From Octopus sinensis (lineage: Eukaryota): DNA of 64,000 bases. A program made the translations under genes and the position numbers. Each line of letters starts with the position of its first letter. The stretch's first letter is position 1. Positions 50,350-61,536 of this stretch are shown here, piece after piece. The stretch lies in the NCBI RefSeq assembly GCF_006345805.1, contig NC_043003.1, positions 79,298,001-79,362,000 of the forward strand, read 5' to 3'. The notes below the pieces were generated by a model. It did not search any database, was not told the DNA's origin, and saw nothing but the letters and a program-made list of their open reading frames with translations.

Positions 50350-50619
50350 TATTGTATAAAGGATTGTGGGTAAGGCCAAAACAATGTGAAGTAAATGCAA
50401 GGTAAATCACAAGAAAACAAATATGTGAATTAATGTAGACTTTGTATTCAATATTTCGGGGTTATGACCCCATTTTCAAGAAATTGATGAATGTTGCCGA
50501 TGTGCATGTGTGTGAGCATATTTCTTGAAAATGGGGTCATAACCCCGAAATATTGAATACAAGGTAAGTCTACATTAATTCACATTGTTTTGGCCTAATC
50601 CACGATCGTTTATACAATA
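50350..50619. ncRNA. Long inverted repeat with a minimal hammerhead motif in each arm
   Basis: Arms 50350-50484 and 50520-50619; plus-strand motif TTTC-TTGAAAA-T-GGGG(tcataa)CCCC-GAAA-TA-TT^-GAA at 50521-50557; mirror copy on the minus strand. Confidence 0.6.
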
Positions 50620-51823
50620 TATATATGTATATAATTTCTCAATTAGATTATCACAAAAGGTTACAAAAAATTGATAACAATGAAGAAACAGGATGCTAAA
50701 TATGAGTCCATTTCAACTGTGAGTTCTGTATAAGCAATTACTTTGTGCATCACTAAGAATACAAATATGGGTGTCTGTCTGTCTGTCTGGTTACCATTTG
50801 AATTTTCATTGGGATAATTATTTATATTCTTGATGCCTCTTGTTAATCTTGTTATATTTCAGGATAGTTTTTATTTATTTATTTTTTGCCAAATAAACAT
50901 GTATCATATATTGGTTCTTCACTTGTTTATTATTGTTCTTTTTTTTCAGGAAACACATGGCTGAAGAGGTCACAGAGGTGTGATAAAAGATTTTCAGACA
51001 ATGGACATAAGATAAAATAAGAAAAATAATAAACAAATGAAGAACGAATTTATAGTGCATGTGTTTATTTTGAAAAAAAAAAAAAAAATGAAATATAACA
51101 GTATCTGTGAGTATAAATATAAACAAATTAGCATTTATTTTTTATTAGAAGCATCGAAAAGTGTATTGTACAATACAAACAGGAAGATATTTTTCAAACA
51201 CATAATTGCCATTAGAACAGCAGAAATACTGGGTAAATTACCCTTACAAGGCAGAGAAATATCTTGTTTGTATTATACCATAACAGTATCTGTTTCAGCA
51301 CATGATATCATATCAGGAATCTTGCAAAACAAATCCATAAATGTATTAGTTAATCCTTTTTGGTATCAATTTGTCTGAGTTCCTCTTGGTTCTTTCATAC
51401 AAAAATCATCTCTTTTCTTCCATTTTTTTTTTATTATTGCTTAGTCAAGAAGAAAAGGTAGTGTCCACAACTCTTTACAAGACCTTGAGAAAGAATGAGG
51501 GCAGAAGGTATCCTTGAATTATGGATGTGACTTAAATATTTGCAAGAGAGTGAACTCTGCTAAAGTTACCGAAGGACCAAGTAATGGTTGTTAAACCAAG
51601 TGACTGATTATGTCTAACACCCATCTCATCTAATGTATTCATACTTGAACAAATTAATAAATAATTAAAAAATAAAGGAAAAATCCATCATAATTTTCTG
51701 TAAAAACCTTTTAGTTAATTTCCATACCAAACACCAACAAATGGAAAAGTTAGTTATTTTATTGAACTCCTTAAAAATTTTTATAAAAAAAAAAGAGAAA
51801 TAATAATTAAAAGTAAGCAGTGT

Positions 51824-52430
51824 TTAACCCTTTAGCATACCCAGTCCAAATATTCTACCTGTTTTATGTTTAAACTGGTCAAATCCAGTTTCTTTCACCA
51901 ATGTCATTAAAAAAATAAACAATCACATCATCGAAGTCTTGAATCTACAAGATACTCTCTTTTACTCTTTTACTTGTTTCAGTCATTTGACTGCGGCCAT
52001 GCTGGAGCACCGCCTTTAGTCGAGCAAATCGACCCCGGGACTTATTCTTTGTAAGCCCAGTACTTATTCTATCGGTCTCTTTTGCCGAACCGCTAAGTGA
52101 CGGGGACGTAAACACACCAGCATCGGTTGTCAAGCGATTTGGGTGGGACAAACACAGACACACAAACACACATATACATATATACGACGGGCTTCTTTCA
52201 GTTTCCGTCTACCAAATCCACTCACAAGGCATTGGTCGGCCCGGGGCTGTAGCAGAAGACACTTGCCCAAGATGCCACGCAGTGAGACTGAACCCAGAAC
52301 CATGTGGTTGGTTAGCAAGCTACTTACCACACAGCCACTCCTGCGCCTAAGATAGTATATAATTGATTTAGAACAATGTGAATAAATAAGCATTACAGTT
52401 GACAAGGCAATCTGAATGCTAAGGGGTTAA
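51824..52430. mobile_element. piggyBac-type MITE with a nested SINE (51954-52348)
   Basis: TTAA|CCCTTTAGCAT ... AATGCTAAGGGG|TTAA. Confidence 0.8.
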
Positions 52431-53344
52431 ATTATTTATTTTGTGGTCACAAAAGGGGTTATCAGTGCTGAAAATTCTTGCAGATTCCACCAAAAGGATA
52501 TTGTCATGTTCAGCTTGTATTTAAGGTTAGGATTTATAGAGAGAGGTTTGGGTGAAGATAGAGAAATGGTACCAGGGAGATGAAGAGGTATAATTGAGCT
52601 GCAATTAGTTGGACATTTGGAGGCCAAGATACAGAGGTCAAGAAGGACAGTCAGGTGCACCAAGTAAGTTTTCACGGGAAGGTACACAGAGCTAGTATTT
52701 CCATTTAGCCAACTATGCAGCTGCTTAGGGAGCAATACTGACCCTTGATGGGTCATAGTTTTATATAAAATATCTTTTTTTAAAGAAACAAATATAAAAT
52801 GAAAAAAAAAATTATCAATGTAATAGTTCATAGTTAATTGTCATTTCTTAATTTTTTTTTTGTTTTCAGCATCAAGAAAACTGAAATGAATACAATTTGT
52901 ATCACAGTGACCTCATATACTTTTTACTTCATGATTTTAGTGAGCAATGGTTGATAAAAAAAAAAATGATGGTCTGGAGAAACAAAGACACACACATAGA
53001 TGTATACATATACAGATACACACACACATACACGATGGGCTTCTTTCAGTTTCCATCTACCAAATTCACTCACAAGGCTATGGTAGAAGACACTTACACA
53101 AGGTGCCATGCAGTGGGACTGAACCCAGAACCATGTGGTTTCTGCTATAAGATTCAGTGGACTCTTAGTTGAGTGTCTGAAAAATATCCTATAGCTTCAT
53201 CAGAGCCTCAAATATGAAGTGCAATTCATTTAAGAAAAAAAGACTTACATTTTTGCAACATATATTTTTTAGTCTCTTTTGCAGAAGGCTGTCATTGGAG
53301 AGAGATTTAGTTGGTATTTCTAGAAGATGCAACAATCGTGTAGA

Positions 53345-53498
53345 ACAGTTGTGGGCAACCTGCAGCTGCACACAAGTCTTTTTGGATACAAAGCCTTAAC
53401 AAAACCAAAAAATTACCTCAAACTTTTAGTAGTGTGGCCCACCAAACAATAAGCCATGTCACATACAACCTGCTTCTTGTAAAAGGTTGCTGGCTCTG
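53345..53498. mobile_element. hAT-like MITE
   Basis: CAGTTGTGGGCAACCT ... AAGGTTGCTGGCTCTG termini. Confidence 0.5.
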
Positions 53499-53987
53499 TC
53501 GTTGGCTTGTGGTCATTAATGTTCTCTCAAAAGGATGAAATAATAATTAATAATTATAGAAGGATGTGTTTTTAATCTGAGATCAAAGCATGAACAAGGA
53601 GTATGTGAACAATCAGTCTAATTGTGGTTAATATGAAAAAAAAAATAATTTTGAAATTAAGATATTTATCCAATATCTTTTATTTGTTTCAGTCACTATA
53701 CTGTGGGCATGCTGGGGCATTTCTTGGGAAATTTTAGTCAAATGAATTGACTCCAGTACCTATATTTTTTTAAGCCTGGTACTTATTTTATTGTTCTTTT
53801 TTGCTGAACTGCTAAGTTATGGCGAATGCAAATACACCAACACACATACATACATGCATATGTACACACACACACACACACATATATGTATAACAAGCTT
53901 CTTTGAGATTCCATCTGCTACATCCACTTACAAAGCTTTGGTCAGCCTGAGAAGACACAGTGGGACTGAACCCAGAACCATATGGTA

Positions 53988-53989
<2 letters not shown>

Positions 53990-54026
<37 letters not shown>

Positions 54027-55380
54027 GACTCTTCTATCAAAGACAATGTTTAGCTTTTGCTGAACAAGAGCATGCAAAATGGTTTCATTGCTCTGCGTGC
54101 ATCTTGGACAAGCCCGTCTGACTGCACCCCCGTACCTGTAGAGCTTATTGCAAACTGGCAGAGAGCCCCTGGTAGCACTGCCAGTCCAGGGATTTCTGGA
54201 AGTTACCCTGTCTGTCACCTCACCCCAGTTCTTGTCCATTTGGAGGTGTGGACTGAACCAGACCCTGAGCAACTTAACTGGTCCTTTCGTCCAGTACCCC
54301 ACAATGCTGTTGGTCGGCAAGGACCTGCCTCTCTAGATGCTGAGCTGCAGGTCCTCTGACTTCTGGTTAATCATTGCTCCTGCCACTACTTCATATTCTT
54401 TTAGGGTAGTGCTAACCATCTTGATTTCTGAAACATCCGACACTATCATGGTGACGTTGTCCACATATGCTGACACAAACCTTCCGCATCCTAGTTCATG
54501 TGGGATACTCCTTGAAACACCCAGCTTCCACAGTAATGGCTGAAGTGCCAGTATGTAGAGAAGGGGTGAGAGTGGGCATCTTTGATGGGCCAAATGTCTA
54601 ATGCTAAATGATTCTGACAGGTGGCCATTTACTTGTCCTCTGAACAGATGTCACTGTACACTGCAGCGATCCAGCTTCTGAAAATGGGACCAAAACCAGC
54701 TGCCTTAAGGACAGCCTCTGAGTACTGATGGTCAACCCTATTGAAAGCTTTCAATTGATCCAAATTGATGAGGACCCCACCCATGCCATATTCTTTACTG
54801 ACCTCTATGATATATCTTATGAGGTGGAGGCTGTCGTGAATAGATCTGTTGGGGATAGTGCAAGTCTGTGCATCACCCAACAGTCTGTCAGCAACAAGTG
54901 CCAACCTCTTTGCTAACAACTTAGCCAAAATTTTGTAATCTGCATTTAGCAGAGTTACTGGCTTTATCAACAATGTCCTCCTTGTTTAGATCCTTTCTCA
55001 ATAGCACCACACCCAGGCTCACAGATTGGGAGATTCTCTTGTTCTGCTGCCAGTTGTGGTAGACACCCAACAAAAGCTCACCAAACAAGTCTGGCATATG
55101 AATATAAAAATTGAAGGGCAGACCATCCAGTCCCAGAGACTTCTCCATTGTGCAACTAGCCAATGCATCACATATATCTTCATCTGTTATTGGCATTTTG
55201 CAGAACTCCACATCACTGGCCAAAAGCCATGACAGACCATCGAGGTAGGAAGTGAAGTTCACCTCCACATCCAGGCCACCATGTGCCCCATACAGTTCAG
55301 CAAAGTACTGCTGAAATTCTGCAAAATCTACTTGGACTGCTGTAGCATGTGCCCATCACTGATGCTTTTATGATGATAAT
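53990..55380 (-). mobile_element. L1/Tx1-clade LINE ORF2 remnant
   Basis: SLGLDGLP, PVTLLNADYKILAK, LINLDQLKAFNRVDH, QRCPLSPLLYILAL, SAYVDNVT, C-terminal CPRC...ETILHAL zinc knuckle; several frameshifts and deletions. Confidence 0.92.
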
Positions 55381-57694
55381 AAACACTTTAAGTGCTTACA
55401 TACAGTAGAGACTATGTGAAAACTTCTGGCTTAGCGGTTAGGGTGCTAACCTCATGATCACAAGGTTGTGGGTTCAATTCCTGGATCAGGTAGTACATTG
55501 TATTTTTGAGCAAGAACTTCATGTCACATTACTCTAGTCAACTAAACTGAAAATGACTATCAGCTGATTATTTACACAGCTCCCTCTTCCTCCAACTGGC
55601 ATATTCTCAATGCTCTGTTGGGCCAGTGCTGGGAGGGAGGACAAGATGGTGTTAATATCTACTTGTGATTATAAAGGCACTTGAAACAATTAGCAAAAGC
55701 ACGGCATATGCAACCAGGTCATTTTCATTTGTGAGAGACATAGACACATATTTTTTAAAGTAAAGACTTCAACAAAACATCATCACTACCTTGGAAAAAC
55801 TGTGAATATTTAAATATTTTTGTAGCATCCAAAATTCAAAAACTGATTTTTTTATGGTTTAGTAGTGGGAGGGATAGGGCCCAAGATATTTTTGGAGTTG
55901 TTGAGACTGGTGTGCAGGAAGGAGTAAATTATTATCAAATGGGGGACATGGTATGAATATCAACAACTAAGTGGACTCTTCTAAAGGCACCCAAGGCACC
56001 AGATGGGTGATGGGTTACATCAATTGACTAATAACTTGTTTTCATTCTGACAGCATTGCTTTTAATGGAGCAATGCCCTTTATTATTCTTTTTACTATAT
56101 ATACATATCTAAATAACTTCATTATGACTTATCAAAAAAAAAAAAAGATAAATAAAATATCTTCATCCTGACTATAAAAAAAATAAAATAAAATAAAAAA
56201 TAATTTTAAAAGATCAGCTATTGTAAATCAGAGAAATTGAGAGTCAAATAGAGTTTCCTAACTTTCCCAGAGATGCAACACAATGTCAAACCTTGAGCTG
56301 TCCACTTTGTCTGTCTTGACAAGAATTAAAAGTTATGTAAATGATTTTTTCCCTCCCCACTATGGGTGTAGTTTTGATTAATTACATTAATAATTTTAGT
56401 ACATAATAGTATGTAGTCATGTTTGAGCTGATGATTTTCAATGCTTGTAGATCATCTGTTCAGGTTAGTTGTTCATCCTTTTGAATAAACTAATAATCCT
56501 TTTGCAATAGAGCAAATTCTGTTAAAGTTATTCAAGGTGCCAGTTGGTGGTGCTAAACTGGGTAACCAATTAAGTCAACCACCCATGAAGGTTATGGCAA
56601 GATTTGAACTCAGAATGCATGGCTGTGTGGTAAGAAGCTTGCTTCCCAACCACATGGTTCTGGGTTCAGTTTCACTGCTTGGCATCTTGGGCAAGTGTCT
56701 TCTACTAAGCCTTGAGCTAACCAATGCTTTGGAAGTGGATTTGATAGATGGAAACTGAAAGAAGAGTATATATATATATATATATATATATGTAAAATAA
56801 GGCGGTTTTCCCCACCCAAATAAGGTAGTGTTCCAGCATGGCCACAGTCAAATGACTGAAACAAATTAAAGAGTAAAAGAATATATATAAGTTTGTATCT
56901 ATATGTGCATGTCTTTGTGTCTGTGTTTGTCCTTAAACATTATTTGACAACAAATGTTGGTGTGTTCATGTCCTTGTAATTTAGCAGTTCAACAAAAGAT
57001 ATTGATAGAAAAAGTACTAGGCTCAAAAAAAAAAAGTCCTGGGATTGATTTGTTCAACCAAAATCCTTCAAGGCAGTACCCCAGTATGGCTGCAGTCAAA
57101 TGACTGAAACAAGTAAAAAAACTCCAGAACAAATACTGCAAGGCATTCAATCCAATGTACTTATAGTTCAGTCAATCCAACATTATGGATTGCTTTTTTT
57201 TTTTTGAACCTCAGCCAAATTTGAACTCAGAGTGCACAGGGTTGGAACAAAAGCAGTCTGTTTGGTACTTAAATGACTGCTTGTCCACATTAATATATAT
57301 GAATAATGAATTATATTAGAATGATTAACTAAATCCCAGACCAAGAAAGAAAAAAATGGAAATGAAATAAAAAAGGTTTTTGTTTAATTTTTTCTAGTTT
57401 TTTTTTAGATGAAAGTATGAAAGTATCTTAATACAAAAGGATATTAAAATTTTTTCACTATTTAAAATTTTTTTTGACAAGACTTAGAGAAAGTGTAGTG
57501 CTTATGATTTTTTTCTCAATGGCTCCAAAACCAGGGGAAGGACATTACCTTTAGATCAGGTTCCAAACCTTTGTTTATGATATTTTATAAGTAGATGTTA
57601 AAAATAATGCCTAACCCATGTTCCAGCCCATCATAAAACATCAGCTCTCTTCTCCAAGGCATATGAGACCATAGCTGAAAGGATCTATAAGAAT

Positions 57695-57763
57695 TTATGC
57701 ATCACTGACATTAAGTTTTTGCGTTTCAGTGCTGTCCATGGTTTGTAAATAGAACTTTTCATC
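57695..57763 (-). CDS. SLC5 terminal coding exon (DEKFYLQTMDSTETQKLNVSDA*)
   Basis: Very strong acceptor cctctctttttttttttcag|GAT, phase 0 matching the upstream donor; TAA at 57697-57695. Confidence 0.75.
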   Translation of the reverse strand, partial: DEKFYLQTMDSTETQKLNVSDA

Positions 57764-58811
57764 CTGAAAAAAAAAAAGAGAGGAAAAATAAAAAACTTGA
57801 TTGAAAACAAAAACAAAGAAAAATATAAAGATACAATATAAAACAAAAAGAAAATTAATGATAGTTTTTATAAGTGCAGCAGGTGTGGTTGTATGGTAAA
57901 ATGTATGCTCCTGGGTTGAATCCCACAGCATGGTACCTTGGGCAAGTTTCTTCTACCAAAGCCTTGAAACAACCAAAATCTTGATAATAGACTTAGTAGA
58001 CAGAAACTGAAAGAAGCTCAAGTGTGATCGTTACCTGCATCGCCTTACTAGCACTTGTGCTGGTGGAATGTGAAAAACATTTGAGTGAGGTCATTGCCAG
58101 TGCCGCTGGACTGGCTCCTGTGCAGGTGGCACATGAAAAGCACCATTTGAGCATGGCTATTGCTAGTACCGGCTGACTGGCCTTCGTGCCGGTGGCACGT
58201 AAAAGCACCCACTACACTCTCGGAGTGGTTGGCATTAGGAAGGGCATCCAGTTGTAGAAACTCTGCCAGATCAAGATTGAAGCCTGATGCTGCCATCTGG
58301 TTCATCAGACCTGTCATATCATCCAACCCCTGCTAGCATGGAAAGCGGACGTTAAACGATGGTGATGATGATAATGATAGAGAATATGGAAACTGGTATA
58401 TCCTCAAAATTTATTTCCATTTATTCTATTGTATGTCACACAATATATTTTTATGGTTATGACAACCTACACATGTCTCTGCTGCACAGAGTATGAGCAG
58501 TTACATACACAACTGGGCTTAATTTTCAGTGCAGCTTTGTTCAGGGTCTTTCAACCAGCTTGGCTCAAAGCAAACTGAATTCAGTTATTTATTTATTGGT
58601 TAGGACTCAGGAGGATGTGAAGGGAGGTTAGTTTGAATCTAAAACTTGATATTGTTGTAAGATTCTACGGTTGACCTTGATTTCACACCAGCTGATGGCC
58701 GAAGTTGGGATTCCGTATAATTAGGTCAAAGTTCGGTCAGTTGTGAATATATCTGGAAAAGAAGCACACTCTAAAACATTGGAGTTGTAATATTTAGAAG
58801 GTTGTTTGTTA

Positions 58812-58946
58812 TGGCCAATCAGAGAGTAACCATTGGTTTCTCAACTATAAGGCACTTGGCTATATAGGCTAATTTGAGTCTAATGAGTTGCCTATACAGC
58901 TAAGCACCTATAGGTGTGAAATCAATGGTCACTCTCTGGCCAGCTA
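58812..58946. repeat. 135-nt imperfect hairpin
   Basis: GGCCAATCAGAGAGTAACCATTGGTTTC...GGCTATATAGGC pairs with GCCTATACAGCT...GAAATCAATGGTCACTCTCTGGCC. Confidence 0.7.
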
Positions 58947-60644
58947 TTATTACACCCTTGATGTTAAACTTGGTCAAATGTGGGAGGGCTGAGAGTGTGT
59001 CTTTATCTGCCAATGACTACATGGGCATCAGAAACAATTAGTGAAAGTATGGTACATGATAACAGGTCTCATTTGTCTGCAAGTGCTGGTTATGATCTAA
59101 TCAAAGGAAAACAGGCACAGCCCATTACTCATTCTAGGATCTCTGTGAATGAGGGAAAGGAAAAAGTTGTCCTCAAACCGGTTACTTAGTCTGAATGCTT
59201 AAAAGAGAGGGTCCCTACTAAGTAGATTAAATATACCAACCAGTGTGAACATCTGTTGGTGAATGTCACCAGAAAACAGATCATGGGAAATAATGAAATT
59301 GCAAATTAATTATTAATCACTTTTAAATATGAAACAACATTGTTGAAATAATTAACAATAATACTGTCCATGTTATTTGTATTAAATCATTTCTGGCATG
59401 TCAAGGTGCATGGCTTAGTGGTTAGGGTATTCAACTCATGATCGTAAGGTCATGAGTTCAATTACCAGAGGTGCACTGTGTCCTTGAGCAAGACACTTAT
59501 CTCACTTTGCTCCATTTCATTCATCTGGCAAAAAAGAGTTGCACCTGTAATTCAAAGAGCCGACCATGTGCCATTCTGTGTCATGCTGGATTTTCTTGAG
59601 AACTATGTTAAGGGAATGTGTGTCTGTAGAGTGCTCAGCCACTTGTACATTAATTTCGTGAGCAGGCTGTTCTGTTGATTGGATCAACTGGAGCCCTCGT
59701 CATCTTAATGACGGAATTCCAGTCAATTTTGGTATGTTGTGCAACCAACTTGCTTCCCAGAGGAGGCTTGTCTCTAATGAACTTAACATGACAGAAATTA
59801 GAAATAAGTGCTGGTTCTATGGATCTTAGACATTAGATTTCTGTATTTCAATGATGTGGTAGTAAGAGAATTGGCTAAACGGAGGCTGAAGTGGGAATGT
59901 CTATATCAAAGTAAAAAAAAGACCCAAAGCTTATATAAAGACCTGAACTCTGAATTATAAGCTAATGAAACACTCATTCAATGTATAGGAAGTTTATTAT
60001 GTCGTTTTGGATACATTGAAGTTGTGTTCTGGTATCTTTGCCTTCACAACAGATAATAAAGGGTAAAAGTAAAGGCCTTCTTTAGTCATGAATGACCATG
60101 GGATTGCACCTAGAAAGTCACCCTCTGAGATACAAGTCTGGGCAAAGTTGTTTATAGAAGACCAGCAGTGACCCATGCATACCAGCCTCCACTCAGAATG
60201 CCACTGATGTTATCCCTTGGATAACATCAGTGGCATGGAGAGGGGAGGTGTTATAAGGTCCTAATTACTTTAGTTGATTGGATCAACTGGAGCCCTCGTC
60301 ATTTTCGCTAGGTGTTATAAGGTCCTAATTATTTTAGTTGAGAGTTAAACAAATATGTATATATAGATGAGGTCTGTGAGACCCCTCTCATTGCGTAACA
60401 ACTTCACTGAAGTTGGTGTTACAAAAAAGAAAAGTATCCAGTACATTCTGTAAAGATGGTGTTAGAAAGATCACCCAGCTATAGAAACCAAATCAAATAT
60501 GAAATTTACAAGTGAGATGTAGTCGTCCAACCTATCAAGGAGAGCAGAAATAAGCTGTCTAACCCATGCCACCATGGAGAGCAAAGTCAATGATAATGAT
60601 GATGAAGAGAGCAATGATGAAATGAATGTCAAACGTATTCTTAC

Positions 60645-60736
60645 TCCTTCAGGTTCATATTTCTTCCGTCTGTCCATGATCTTTAAGGTGATAGGGCTTA
60701 AGAGATAACGTGGCACATCTGAAGGGTCTTGGAATC
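60645..60736 (-). CDS. SLC5 exon (GFQDPSDVPRYLLSPITLKIMDRRKKYEPEG), cytoplasmic tail
   Basis: Acceptor ctcttttttag|GA, donor GGA|gtaaga; 92 nt, phase 1 to 0; DP..V...LL.P motif typical after the last SLC5A8-like helix. Confidence 0.8.
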
Positions 60737-61432
60737 CTAAAAAAGAGATGAAAAATAAGTAGAACATCTTTATCAACTGCAGCAGTAGTAAGGATGCTGG
60801 GTAAAGCAATGCACTGAAGCTCCTAGACCTGCAAGCTCTCAGGAAAGAGCCCAGCGTGCCTATGCCTTAAAATGGCACTGGTTAGGACAAGGGCAGGTGG
60901 ATGTGTGTTGTGCATAAGAAATGTAAAAAAGTGGGTCGGCAAGATTCAACACAGTCAAAGACCATAGTTCTGAATGTGTAGAGGGTATCAAGAAATGAAT
61001 AGATTATATTACTTTCTCTAACCTGTCTTAAAGTAAAGAGACCTTCAATGCTCTGGCCTAGAACTAAAACAAGGCCCTGGCCACCAGCAGTTTTAAGGTT
61101 AAGATTAGTTACATGCAGAGGTGGACCCAAGAGGGGGGCCTGAGGGGCACGTGTCCCACTCAAGAAAAGAAGTGCACCCTTCTAAATAATGTTATTACAC
61201 CCTTTTTTCCTGGAATAGCATTCCCTTCTGACCTTGTGCCTTCCTTTTGAAAAATTCCTGGGATCACACCTGACGTGTGACTGTAACCCATTGAGAGGAA
61301 ATTTCAGTGCAATATTTTGTGGTTCAGACAGCTATCTCTCTGAATAGGATCTACAATCATTTATTTTACCTAATAACTGAGAAAAATTCTGGATTACATT
61401 GTACTGTTGTATAAGATAGTTGAACAACTTAC

Positions 61433-61536
61433 CACCAATAATTTTACTGAATACAATGCCAATTATAATGACCATGGTGATACCTAAAGGACCATACCAG
61501 AAGAAATTGATGCTGTAAAGATTCTGCAATGGCTTT
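61433..61536 (-). CDS. SLC5 (SLC5A8/SMCT-like) exon (KPLQNLYSINFFWYGPLGITMVIIIGIVFSKIIG), last TM helix
   Basis: Acceptor ctttgcag|A, donor GGTG|gtaagt; 104 nt, phase 2 to 1; LYSISY-W/Y...G..S..TG-like motif of SMCT/NIS/SMVT transporters. Confidence 0.85.

Noticed and set aside
52436-52831. 131-aa minus-strand ORF
   Set aside because: No recognisable domain, start context or consistent splice partner; kept only as context for the 5.4/51.5-kb motif.
53243-53396. Apparent minus-strand exon (FVSKKTCVQLQVAH...CCKN|gtaagt)
   Set aside because: Its 5' half overlaps a hAT-like MITE terminus, and no phase-compatible partner exon was found.
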